NCBI GenBank assembly: GCA_004764695.1
Contig: SMSO01000036.1
Location: 2,480,001-2,544,000, forward strand
DNA from: Schizochytrium sp. TIO01
Taxonomy: Eukaryota; Protista; Bigyra: Labyrinthulomycetes
DNA: 64,000 nucleotides
Reading direction: 5' to 3'
Every line of letters starts with the position of its first letter. Position 1 is the stretch's first letter. Both the position numbers and the translations under genes were made by a program. Below are positions 22,831 through 33,773 of this stretch, piece after piece. The notes under the pieces were generated by a model that was not told the origin of the DNA, searched no databases, and worked only from the letters and a program-made list of their open reading frames with translations.

Positions 22831-24804
22831 ATGAGCTCCACAGATGGAGGGCGAAAAGGCGGCCCAAGTTCCCAGGACAAGCAAGGCCCGACAGCGAAGA
22901 AAACCTCCAAGCAAGGGAGAGTAGCGGCAAGCGCAAAGAGGATACTAGCTGTTGCTGCCTGTGCTAGCATTTGCACTCGGCCTCAAGGTGCTGAAGCTTT
23001 GGAGAACTTTCGATTCCCAAATTTTCAGAATCGTCCACACTTGAACCTGAACGGGGATGCCGTGACCGAAATTGGAGATCTCGTCCTCACACAACCCTCT
23101 ACGCACCAAGTAGGAGCAGTGTGGTATGACCGAAGTGTCAGTGTTGATAATGGGTTCACAACTCACTTCGGCTTTACAATCACAGATGTGGAAAATAGTG
23201 CAGGCGAAGGGTTTGCATTTGTGTTACAATCGGAGGGACCTTACTCTATTGGCGGCAGCGATGCAGGCATCGGCTACGATGGCCTAGGACCTGGTATTGC
23301 TATTGAGTTTGATACTGTTCAGAGTGCCGCCATGGATGACCCACCACACCCGCACATTTCTGTTCATAATGGACTATTTACTAACGGATTGAGTGCTCGC
23401 GAATCTCGTGAGGGGAGCTCCAGTTTTGTGGGCTCAAGTATCGCTACTTGGGAAGACCTTGCGACTTATGATGAGTCATTGGACAACCAACTGCTTCCGC
23501 GTTTTGTAACCATCAGTTATGATCCACTAGAAGGTGTGATAAAGGTTTCATATTCGCACAAAAGTAAGGACAATCGATATGTTCACAAAGACTTAGTACA
23601 AGCACAAGTAGGCGCGATCTCCGAAGAATGGTACGTTGGGTTCACAGCAGCAACAGGAACCTCGTTTGCCCGCTTCGCGATCCTAAGCTGGGCATTTGAA
23701 GCAGCAGGGCCAGGTGAGTCACTCAAAGATGCCGGGTCGTATTGTAGCCTTGGTTTCGAAGGCCCAAATTGTGCTGTAGATAATGCCATTGCAGAGCGCG
23801 AGTGTCCACGTCGCCTCGCTTGTAACGTCTGCACAGAAGATGTCTACAACTGCGCCTGGTGTAGTACAGACGATAACACCGACCGTTGCATTGTTGGGAC
23901 TGCTGACAACATTCGCAAATGTTCTTCAGTGGCACTTGAACCTCTTAGTTGCACAGCTGGTCTCTCTCGTATTTGGATTTATCTTCTTGGAGCTTCATTT
24001 CTTGTCATCATTGTTTTTGCCGTCGTGTTGTACCGTATGTTGCCTGCTGTGCAGTCGTTTCGAGCAATTTCTTTGCTGGTGGCCCTGGTTGGCGGTTCTC
24101 TGTCTGGCATGCTTTTGTCATATGTTGTCTCTGTTTCACTTGTAGAAATTTCAGAGACTACATTTTTTGGGTTTGCCTATGGTCTGTTCTTCATGATGCA
24201 ATTCATTTTCATATCCACCCATATTTTAAAGATTGAAGTGCCTGATCGTGGTTGGAAAAGTGCACATGTTTTTCTTCTCAGTCTTTGCAATTTGTGTGTT
24301 CTTCTCTCTGCCAGTGCATGTTTTTTGGTAGATCGGCGTTTCATTGTTTGGCTTCCAGAGCGCCCGAAGGTGCTTTTTTATATCATCTTAGGAGCCACTT
24401 TAAATTTTTGCATTGTGTTTTCGGTTGTCGAACTTAGCGACGAAGCATACCAGTATTATCGACTGCGCAACTCTCGGACACGAAACATAGCATCAACATA
24501 TGAACAGCGTGAAGGTCGAAGGCGCTCCTCAGTGGTTGGTTCGCAAGCACGTGCCGCTCTTCTTGCTGCAGCAAGCGTTCTCTCCGGTACCTTTTTTGGT
24601 TTCATGTTTGGTACATTGCGCATTGAAGAAGAAGCACAATATCGAGTAGCACTGGCACTCCAACAAGAAGCTGCGTACACCTATCCGATTGGAGCGCTCG
24701 TGGGAGGAGTTTCAGCCATGTTACTGCAACTATTGCAACTACCCATGGCTACAGATGAACAGATCGACCGTATCTTGCGTGAGAGTAATCGTGATGGATT
24801 GTAA
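22831..24804 (+). CDS. L-type (legume-like) lectin + EGF-like + PSI ectodomain with ~7 C-terminal TM helices, ~657 aa
   Basis: Signal-like segment ending GAEA|LE. Lectin motifs FTTHFGF, GEGFAFVLQ, IAIEFDT and YVGFTAATG..ILSWAF. EGF-like CSLGFEGPNC; PSI CPRRLACNVC....CAWC. Seven hydrophobic stretches. Confidence 0.85.
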   Translation: MSSTDGGRKGGPSSQDKQGPTAKKTSKQGRVAASAKRILAVAACASICTRPQGAEALENFRFPNFQNRPHLNLNGDAVTEIGDLVLTQPSTHQVGAVWYDRSVSVDNGFTTHFGFTITDVENSAGEGFAFVLQSEGPYSIGGSDAGIGYDGLGPGIAIEFDTVQSAAMDDPPHPHISVHNGLFTNGLSARESREGSSSFVGSSIATWEDLATYDESLDNQLLPRFVTISYDPLEGVIKVSYSHKSKDNRYVHKDLVQAQVGAISEEWYVGFTAATGTSFARFAILSWAFEAAGPGESLKDAGSYCSLGFEGPNCAVDNAIAERECPRRLACNVCTEDVYNCAWCSTDDNTDRCIVGTADNIRKCSSVALEPLSCTAGLSRIWIYLLGASFLVIIVFAVVLYRMLPAVQSFRAISLLVALVGGSLSGMLLSYVVSVSLVEISETTFFGFAYGLFFMMQFIFISTHILKIEVPDRGWKSAHVFLLSLCNLCVLLSASACFLVDRRFIVWLPERPKVLFYIILGATLNFCIVFSVVELSDEAYQYYRLRNSRTRNIASTYEQREGRRRSSVVGSQARAALLAAASVLSGTFFGFMFGTLRIEEEAQYRVALALQQEAAYTYPIGALVGGVSAMLLQLLQLPMATDEQIDRILRESNRDGL

Positions 24805-25295
24805 ACATTAGACCTCCTTGCAGGTTAGCCTTCACTTGGTTCTGCTTCATGACAGTATAATTCTCACTGACTTTTCTGGGGAAAAAATAAACAAAAAACA
24901 TTCTCTATATGAAAGCAATCACTAAACTCACAATCACTCTTTGACACACTGTTGTCGTTTATATACTTGATGAAGCTCAATGCATGCCAGTCAGTATTTA
25001 GGAGGAATTCTATTTTCACCTGCAGCAATCAAAATTCGTCGAAGCATTGCAAAGATTTGGTAGCCTTTTCGTCTTTTCACAAGATTCTGTCTTCAATAGC
25101 ATGAGTCTTTACAAGGGTGAGAATGCATGTGGAAGAAATGTGCGAGGAAAAATAGTTTAGAAATGCTGGTCCTTACTTTTTCAATATTTCAATGTAACTT
25201 TTCAAAAACATGTGCGTCTGTCTAAGGTTTTTGCTTTCCCAATTCACTTATTTCAGAACACAATCGAAAAGTGTAGTATGTGGATCGATGCGGAA

Positions 25296-28200
25296 TTAGT
25301 CATGCATTGTATCAAGCTGCATTGCAAATAAAAGGTTCGGGAACTTGCGTGCAAGAATCAAGAACTCATCCAAATCTACTGTACCTGATCCATCACGGTC
25401 AGCCTGCTTCATGACGGTATCGACCTTACGGCGTACAGCCTTGGCGTCTGAGGCAAGGTGGTTAGCCTTGAGAATCTCTGTAATCTCATTACGATCTAGG
25501 TTGCCATTGCCATCCTCATCATACATCATGAAGCAGAAACGACATCGAGTTTCAAGTGGTGCATTGGCAAAGTTGCATAAACCAAGGAGGATTTCGCGCA
25601 TGTTCACTTTGCTAATATTCTCGTAGTCCATGAGCTTAAAAAGTTTCTTGTACTCTCCTGTGGGGTCTACAAGCAGAATATCGCACATTGTTGCAAAATC
25701 AACGAGACCAGTGTTTCCTTGTCCACGATCAATCAAGCGGAACTTTTCAAATGCACGCTGCAATGTGGGCATTGAAACATCGTTAGCTTGAGAGAACAAA
25801 CGCATAAGGTTAACCTTTTCGAGTTTTGTTGCTTCGTCACGCTCCTGGCGAGAGGCAATATCTTTTGCGTCAAGACCAAGCGCAGCTGCTGTGGGCGTTT
25901 CTTCGATCAACTCTTTCATGGCACTAATGTCAATATTTGCAGGGTCTGGGTGTAGCATGAGCAAGCGAAATTCTGCGAATGATACTTGACCATCTCCATC
26001 AGTATCAATCATGCGCACCATTTCATCAACTTCTTCATCGGTAATGAGTTCGCCCATACAAACTAGAATATGCCGAATCTCACCTGCACCAATATAACTA
26101 TTCTTGTTGAGATCAAAAAATTGAAAAGCAGCCTCAATATCTGCATCTGAGAACTCGTCGGAGGATCCGGGTGGGCGTCCTCCAACGAGGCCACCTTTAC
26201 CAAAGTTACTCTCCGCGGTTTGATCTTTCTGCTCCTGAACCTCGTCTCGAATGCGATTTTCTCGCTCGCTGTCATCAAAAGTATCCATATCAGGTTGTAA
26301 AAGTGGGTAAGCGACGCCTGGTTGGGCAATAAACTCCATGTGCAAATGAACCTCACCGCATTTTGTGACACGTCCCCAGGTGTCTTTGTTTCGTAGTGTA
26401 ACCCATGTATCAATGACACCTTTCCTAAAGAGTGGAAGCAAAGAAAAAGAGGCTTTTCCAATCAAATCATCCGCACTTATTTGATCCTCATCGTAGACCT
26501 CCATGATCAACTCATGATGATCCACGATCGGCAGCCGCATCATCTCATCCCACCTTGGATCTGTCCCTCCATCTGTGTCTGTTCTGGTTCGCATTTTGTA
26601 ATTGGATGTATCATAGTCAGATTTCATCATATACACAATATATGGATCCTGACGGCCCATGGTATCTTTGTCAACGAGATGGCGAGCTTCGATAGTCTGG
26701 AGCTCAAGAATACCTGCAGGATAAAACTGAATCCGCAGTTTAATTTCTCCCGAAAGCTTATCAAGATTCTTTCCCTGAAAAATTTTGTACCACTCCTCGT
26801 GTATTCTCCCCATTCCGTCTTGCTCAAATTCCTGCATTGTCTTGGCATCAGACATAAACTCAAGCAAATTGAAATTTCGGGCTCCGATCAAATCATCGGT
26901 GCCAATATCTTCGTCGTAGCAAGAGAATTTTAAAGGCTCTGTCCATGTATTAGGACGAATCCATAATCGAACCTCCTCTGCGTCGAATGAACAGTCTGTA
27001 CCTCCATTTTTAATTGTTTTGGTGCGTACTGGTTTTTGCTCAAAAACCTCAAATTTACAGTAAGGGTCTTGTTTCCCCATGACTTCCATGTTTTTCATTT
27101 TTCGACCCTCCATACAATGCACAAGAAGATAACCTAATCTTGCTGGATAAAACCTCATGCGGAGTTTAGCTCCTCCAGCTGGCACTTTTGGATCTGCCTT
27201 ACGCTTTTGATAAAACAATGGATATTCCGCAGTTTGCTCAAAGTTAATGAGTAGCCCTGCGACTGAGATATCTGCTTCGCCTATCAATGTGTCAGAAAGC
27301 ACATTGCTATTCATAATTCGAAACGATAATGTAATGTCATTATCTGAAACAAATTGTTCAGGCTCAATAAGGTTGAATTCCATGGTCTCCTGGAATGATA
27401 CATCTCGACCTTGATTTTTAAGAATTCTCCCCTTATACATTGGTGCCTTCTTCTGATTGCCCAATGTGCATTTCAAGTAAGGATCAATTCTAGTTTCTGT
27501 AATAGCTGAGGATGCATCGTGTTTCGACAATCCGAAGCATTCGATGACTTCCACTACAAGTTTACCAGGAACCAGTTTAGGAAGAATCTTGGCCACTGGC
27601 TGAATATTGTCATCGGCATCGATAGGCGGAGGCTTCTCCATAAGCTCCGTGAGATCCTCTTCAGCATCAGCAGGAGGTCCAAACGCAGAAGCATCGTATC
27701 CCGGTGCATCGGGGAGGGGAATTTCAGGTGGTGGAGGCGAAATAGGTTTGGCTCCTTCTGCAGGAGGTGGTGATGCTGGAGGAGGGGGGGAGGTAGGGGG
27801 CGGTCGCTGTAGTGGGGATCTTGCTTGCGATGGAGGAGGTGGGCCTCCTGCAGGAGGAGGGGGCCTGCCTCCTGGTGGCGGTGGGCTTCCTGCTGGTGGC
27901 GGCGGGCTTCCAGCAGGAGGTGGTGGGCTCCCAGCCGGTGGTGGTGGGCTCCCAGCTGGGGGCGGTGGCCTCCCAGGAGGTGCAGCTGGGCGCCCAAGTG
28001 GCCGTGGAGGCTGTCCTACAGGTCGAGGTGGAAGTCCTGCAGGTCGAGGCGGAAGTCCTTCTGGCAAAGGAGGACCGTCGCGCTTTCTGGCTGGGCGTGG
28101 AGGCTGGCTGTCTGGGCGTGGAGGCTGGCCTTGAGGGCGTGGAGGGGCTCCGGTAGGTTTGGGAGGATTTGCAATTGGTCTTGGAGAAGATCCTGCAGGA

Positions 28201-29004
28201 AGAGGAGGCTGCCCTCCAGGTCTTGGCGGCAGTCCACGAGGCAAAGGAGGGGATCCTCCTGGTGGACTTCGTGGGCCACTTGGCAGTGGTGGCGAACCAG
28301 GAGGACTTCGAGGTCCACTAGGCAAAGGTGGTGCGGCATATCCTGGAGGACTGCGAGGTCCACTAGGCAGAGGTGGTGCGGCAGCTCCCGGAGGACTACG
28401 AGGCCCCCTAGGCAAAGGTGGAGCTCCAGAAGGTAAAGGAGGTCCTTGAGGAGCATTTGGACGAGGTCCAGGAGGCAGTGGGCGGCCTTGTGGTGGACTT
28501 CCAGGAACAGTCGAAACGCCAAGCTTTGGCTCTGCTGGAGCTGGTGGAGATCCTGGAGGAGTAGGAGAACCCGGAGGTAAAGGCGATCCTGGTACTCCTT
28601 TGGCTGCTCCAGCTGGCATCAACTTTGGTTTTTTGGGAGGTGGAACTCCTGGTGGAGGCTTGTTTGGATTTAAAAGATTAGCTCCTGCAAATATTACGGC
28701 AAAGTTTGTTGAAGAGATTGCAGATGGCAATAATCAATACGTTAGGAACCAAACTCTCAGAACTTGTGAATTGCTTTATTCTAAACTTACCTGGGCCTCG
28801 CGGAGGAGGTGAACGAGGCATCCCTACTCCACCTGGAGGTGGGGATCTTGGTCCTGGTGGTCCACGTGCTCCAGGGGGGCCTCGTGGACCAGGAGGTAAA
28901 ATTCCCCGAGGTGGCCCACCCGGAACGCCTGCTGCTTGGTTCGTTGGAGAGCCCCCTGGAACCTTTGGAGGAGGCCCTCGTGGCCTTGGAGGAGGACGGT
29001 CCAT
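25296..29004 (-). CDS. Proline-rich, three-C2-domain, multi-EF-hand Ca2+-binding protein; exons 29004-28791 and 28684-25296 (~1200 aa)
   Basis: C2 motifs (IDPYLKCTLG, KQDPYCKF..CYDEDIGTDDLIG, RQDPYIVY..VYDEDQISADDLIG). EF loops DLNKNSYIGAGE, DTDGDGQVSFAE, DEDGNGNLDRNE and DRDGSGTVDLDE. A GTAAG...TGCAG intron (28790-28685) joins the upstream Pro-rich ORF in frame (G|GA). Confidence 0.9.
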
Positions 29005-29798
29005 GGTACCCTATGTCTAATTTTTGTTCAACGAAAGATTGATTCCTTGCCTCCCACAATGTTTGAGAATGTAAAGTTCGAGTGGCACCACTTTGGGATT
29101 ATTCACTTTCCATGCATGCGGCTCTCAAAATTCTCAAGAACAATCTCAAAGATTTTGGCTAAGTTATAGATTGATCGCTCGAACACGGCCTGATTGACTG
29201 CAGCCTTCTGCAAATGGGCCACACCAGACTAAGCAAGATTGCGCAACTCCACTGCTCCTTGTTGCTCATACAGCGAGAAAAGCCACAATCGTGGTTATAA
29301 AACGTCAAAGTTAACAAGGTGCGCCAGCACAGCGTAACTGGGCTTTCGCTCTATATTCTACTCTGATCGATCCCATTTATAGAGCAATCAATACATGTCC
29401 CATCTTACGTGTTTCAACGGCTTTTAAAGCCCTCTTTGAGATAGCAACTCCAAGGTTCAAGCGTTACGATTCCTAGGCGTTCTGTACGCGTTCCGTAGGG
29501 TGTGTACTTGGTAGAGTTTTGTGAACTTGAGGTTATTTTGATGAATTATGATGCTGATAATAATGGAAGCTGATAGAACTCTTTTCAAAATAATTGTGAG
29601 CATGTAAATTGACTCTATAGTAGATGAGTCTTGCTGTGATAATATACAAGACAAATAAGAAGATAAGGATGAAAGAATATTATAGTGACTATTCGACATC
29701 AACTACTTACAGGCGTGCATTATAAAGCTGGAGGGATTTGCACATGCCATGCAACCCTGTGTAAGAACGATTTCTATCTTTCATAGCCGATTAACGCA

Positions 29799-32204
29799 AT
29801 GGCGGACGATGGCGCAGGCCATGAAGATTCGGAGCGGGCTCCATCGCCTCGGGATAGTAATGACAGTATTGCTCCAACGCAAACTAGCACAACTGCGGCG
29901 ACGGCACGGAGTCGGGTTGAAGCCTTGCAAAGTAATCGTAGGTTAACCACCACAGGTGCAGGAGCGGCGCATGAGGCAAGGAGGTTACGAGAAGCACAGG
30001 AACAACGAGAGGTTCAGGTGAATAGCCTTCGTGAACACATCAAAACTCTCCAAGCCAAGCTACAAGCAGAGACAGAGGTAAACCAAAAGCTAGAAGATGA
30101 AAACACTGAGCTAAAAGAAACTTTGAAGCTTCAGCAAAGCGAACTTGACGAAGCCAAGCAAGCAGCTGCTCGACGTGCAGAGCAAGTTGAGGATGCTGCA
30201 AAGCGGGCCCAAAGTAACGATGAAGACTTCGATATGCTCAGTGAAGCCCTTGCAGAAAAGGAGCAAGAATCTCGCGTGAGGGCTATGCGCATTGTAGAGC
30301 TAGAAGAAACGTTAGAGCGCATGCAAAGTGAAGACGTACGCCTTCGCACAATGCTCCGGAAAGGAACAAATGCTTCAGCTGCTATTGATCTAAAACCAAA
30401 AACGTCCACTGAAGATGTCTGTTTAAGTGCTCGCAGTTTTGCGGAAAACGAGCTTGTTGCCCTCCGTGATGAAGCACTTAATATAAAAGAGAAACAACTT
30501 GCATTACTGAATTCCAGTAATGTGGCTCTTCGTGAAAATATTGATCACCTTGAAACAGAAATGCAACGCATGCAAGTTGATCTTATTGCAAAAGACAAGA
30601 TGCTAAACTCTATGCGCGAGAGCAAAGATGCGGCAGAGTCCCGCATTGAAGAGCTTTTACACAAGATAGAAGTTAAAAAGGGTCGGGAGGCAGCTATGGA
30701 GGTTGCGACGCAACAGAACGCACAGTTATTACTCTTGCTGCAACAGCATGAGGCATCAAATGAAGAGCTTCAATCACAAAATGAATCATTGGAAGAGGAG
30801 CTTCAGACAGCTAAGGAAAAGGTTAAAAATGTCGTGCGTCAGAATGCAGATCATGAAGCTAATGTTACGACCATGAGTGCAGAAGTAAGTAGGCTAAAAC
30901 GTGAATTACTTACAATGCGTAGCTCATGGGAAAAAGAAGAAACACTGCTACGAAGAAAGCTTAAAAAGCTAGAGGCAGAGTCATCGAAAACCATTTCTGT
31001 GCAAAGAGATGAATTACGGGACCGCCGAGAAAAACATTACCAAATGTTAGAGCGTATGCAAATCGCAGAAGACAAAGTTCGTGCAGCAGAGGATAAGGTA
31101 GACCTTATGAATAAGGAGATGGACGAATTCGACGAGGAACGTCAGGAGCTACAGGCTCGTGTTGCAGAAATTCGCCGCTGGGCTGATTCACGGGAAGCAC
31201 AACACCGCGAGGCTCTTTTAGATGCACACAACCAGCGTGATGAAGCTCGGAAATACGCTTCAGAAATGGAGAAACAGCGAGCAGCATTGACGCTGCAGCT
31301 TCATGAGATGTCAGGAACTGTATTGAAAGCTGTTGACAAACAAAAGGGAGCAATTGAAGAAGTTTCTCAGGCCAAGAGTGAGCTTACAGATAAAGAGATT
31401 GAGATACAGCATCTTCAAAAGCAGATGATTCGAGAAGGAAATCTGCAAGGTAAGCGTCGCATGAAGGCCGAGCTTGAGCAGCGCACACTTGCATCACAAC
31501 TTGATTTACTGCGAAGGGAGAATATGGCACTTGCTGAAGCAACGAATGCAACATATGAAGATCAAGCAAGTCGCTCTGATGCACTAGCAAAACGTTGTCT
31601 TAATTTAGAAGCTCAAATTGAAGAAGCAACCAGTGCTTTAGAGGCTCGTTTGCATGGAATTATGACGTACGTCGAAGCAGCTGTGCTTGTTCGGGGGAAC
31701 AATGGCTATCAGTTCAGTTTGCGTGGTTGCCGTATTGGGTCCACACGTACGATTGATCCTATCACTGCAAATAAGGTTGTTATGCAGGTTTGCAAGCATC
31801 TAGCTGGACTCTTAAGTCGTTGTAAAGCTGCAAATGACGCAAGTGTAACATTGGACCTTGCCAACAATGCTCTGTCAGATGAACATGTTCCAGAGGCTTT
31901 GGGTATACTTGTTCAAGCGCCGTTCATAGCATCTTCCATTACATTAAATCTGTGTGAGAACGAGATTTCCCCAGCTGGTTTGAGACTGTTGGTGCTTGCA
32001 CTACAGAAAAACCCACGTGTGCAACATGTTTTCGTCCACCGGGATGGCACGATTCAAGGTTTACGCGGCTCGGAGGTCGTTTATACACTTGAGGTCGCTT
32101 CAAACAAGCAAAGGCCCGAAGATTCATGGACTCAACCAGCTGCAGTATTAACCCAAGATACTATTCCTTCTCCTCGAACATTGCCACGCCTCCCCTCGAG
32201 GTAA
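29799..32204 (+). CDS. Long coiled-coil protein with C-terminal RNI-like leucine-rich repeats, 801 aa
   Basis: About 560 aa of E/K/Q/L/A-rich heptad sequence, then LRR motifs FSLRGCRIG, LDLANNAL and LNLCENEIS..GL. Confidence 0.85.
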   Translation: MADDGAGHEDSERAPSPRDSNDSIAPTQTSTTAATARSRVEALQSNRRLTTTGAGAAHEARRLREAQEQREVQVNSLREHIKTLQAKLQAETEVNQKLEDENTELKETLKLQQSELDEAKQAAARRAEQVEDAAKRAQSNDEDFDMLSEALAEKEQESRVRAMRIVELEETLERMQSEDVRLRTMLRKGTNASAAIDLKPKTSTEDVCLSARSFAENELVALRDEALNIKEKQLALLNSSNVALRENIDHLETEMQRMQVDLIAKDKMLNSMRESKDAAESRIEELLHKIEVKKGREAAMEVATQQNAQLLLLLQQHEASNEELQSQNESLEEELQTAKEKVKNVVRQNADHEANVTTMSAEVSRLKRELLTMRSSWEKEETLLRRKLKKLEAESSKTISVQRDELRDRREKHYQMLERMQIAEDKVRAAEDKVDLMNKEMDEFDEERQELQARVAEIRRWADSREAQHREALLDAHNQRDEARKYASEMEKQRAALTLQLHEMSGTVLKAVDKQKGAIEEVSQAKSELTDKEIEIQHLQKQMIREGNLQGKRRMKAELEQRTLASQLDLLRRENMALAEATNATYEDQASRSDALAKRCLNLEAQIEEATSALEARLHGIMTYVEAAVLVRGNNGYQFSLRGCRIGSTRTIDPITANKVVMQVCKHLAGLLSRCKAANDASVTLDLANNALSDEHVPEALGILVQAPFIASSITLNLCENEISPAGLRLLVLALQKNPRVQHVFVHRDGTIQGLRGSEVVYTLEVASNKQRPEDSWTQPAAVLTQDTIPSPRTLPRLPSR

Positions 32205-32594
32205 ATTAGGCCACCCCCATATTCAAAAGCACATAGCTACTACAACACGGTGTAATATGTAAAAGAACATTTTGTCAACTTTAAAATTAAAAGATCAATT
32301 TTTGGAGGGACCGCCAGAATGCCTTTACTTAACTGTAGCCCCTTCCTTTCTGTGCTCTACGTACACATCATCTGCCTCGTTATATTTTGCACATCTTGCA
32401 CTTTCATTTGGGATCATCTCAGAAGATGAGGTCTTATATGTACAACTAGTATAAAATATAGAAGTGTTACCGAGGCTGATCGTTGAATTACAATGTAGTT
32501 TGCAACCCAAAGTAGTTACAGCTGCTTTGTTGACGCAGCTGTCAGTCATCGTAAGCTACGCCCAGGGAGACAAAGGCGAGAAGCTACCTAGACT

Positions 32595-33368
32595 ATGAAT
32601 GGGACTGGTAAACTTGGCAAAGGGCCCAAGGCGGTAACGTGCTACATTTGCGGGCGTGGGTATGGGACGAACTCAATTGGCATTCACGTGAAACAGTGCC
32701 AGAAACTCTTTCTGGCTCAGGAAGCGCTCAAGCCAAAGAATGAACGAAGAGCGTTGCCACAGCCACCAAAAGGCACGGATGTGACGGAAGAGGACATCCT
32801 TAACATTAGACCTGGCCAGACTCAGAATGTCAACTGGGAGAAGTTTAATGACGCTGCTTTTGATACTTTCAATAAAGAGGCGTTGATTCAATGTGAATAC
32901 TGTGGTCGAACGTTTTTGCCAGATAGTCTTAAGCACCATCGAAATGCGTGTACTGCAGAAAAGCCCGCAAGGCGTGTGGGTGAGTCGGTGCGTCTTGGCG
33001 AAGGCCAGGACCAAGTTGAGGAGAAATCGCCCGTTGTATCAAGAGCCAGGCCAAAGTCAGCCTCGAAGGGGCTCCATAATCCAGCAGCAGGGCGTCGCCC
33101 AAACACGGCTTCAAGAGCAAGCGCGTCGTTAAGTCTGGGTACTCACCAGCAACGTGCGAAAGAGATCTCAGATCAGACTGATTTTCCTGCTTCTCATGAT
33201 TCCTCATTCACACGTGACGAAGGAGCAGGCCATTCTTCAACCCCAGCCATGCCAACTCTCGCTCCGGGCCTGGATATATTACGTGCAGTCGTGACGGACT
33301 TAAAGGCTCGTGGAGTATCAGACTCGGCAATTATTGAATGTGTCAAGACTAGTCTGCAGTCGGCCTAA
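32595..33368 (+). CDS. Two-C2HC zinc-finger protein (ZNF474/ZC2HC1-like), 257 aa
   Basis: CYICGRGYGTNSIGIHVKQC and CEYCGRTFLPDSLKHHRNAC, with the family-type linker RRALPQPP...NDAAF. Confidence 0.88.
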   Translation: MNGTGKLGKGPKAVTCYICGRGYGTNSIGIHVKQCQKLFLAQEALKPKNERRALPQPPKGTDVTEEDILNIRPGQTQNVNWEKFNDAAFDTFNKEALIQCEYCGRTFLPDSLKHHRNACTAEKPARRVGESVRLGEGQDQVEEKSPVVSRARPKSASKGLHNPAAGRRPNTASRASASLSLGTHQQRAKEISDQTDFPASHDSSFTRDEGAGHSSTPAMPTLAPGLDILRAVVTDLKARGVSDSAIIECVKTSLQSA

Positions 33369-33773
33369 ATCGCGCCTGTGGTTTGTTTGAAATTATTGTC
33401 CCTAGAGACTTTATTTGTGAAGAAAGGACTTTGGTACAGATTCAACCTGTGCACCCATGCAAATATATGAGCAAGCCAGCTTCGCGCCACAGTAGTTGCA
33501 CATGCAACTGTCAATCAAGCTGATTTATAAGAATTGAAGAAAAAACAAAGCAAAATAAGAAAGTAAGAAAGAATTCGGTTTATAACATGTCAAGGCCATG
33601 AGCAGCCCAATATCTATCGTGTTGACGAATTTGAGGACACCCAGCCGTTTACAAACACGACAAATAACACAAAAGTGTTGAGTTGACTGCTTGAAGAGTC
33701 GTAGCACTTCGCTGAATGACCTTGCAGCTCAGATTTGTTCATTATTATTTGGTTGTTCAGCTCTAGGTTACCT

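Noticed and set aside
27519-29169. Gly-rich plus-strand ORFs and alternative-frame ORFs
   Set aside because: Shadows of the Pro-rich minus-strand CDS.
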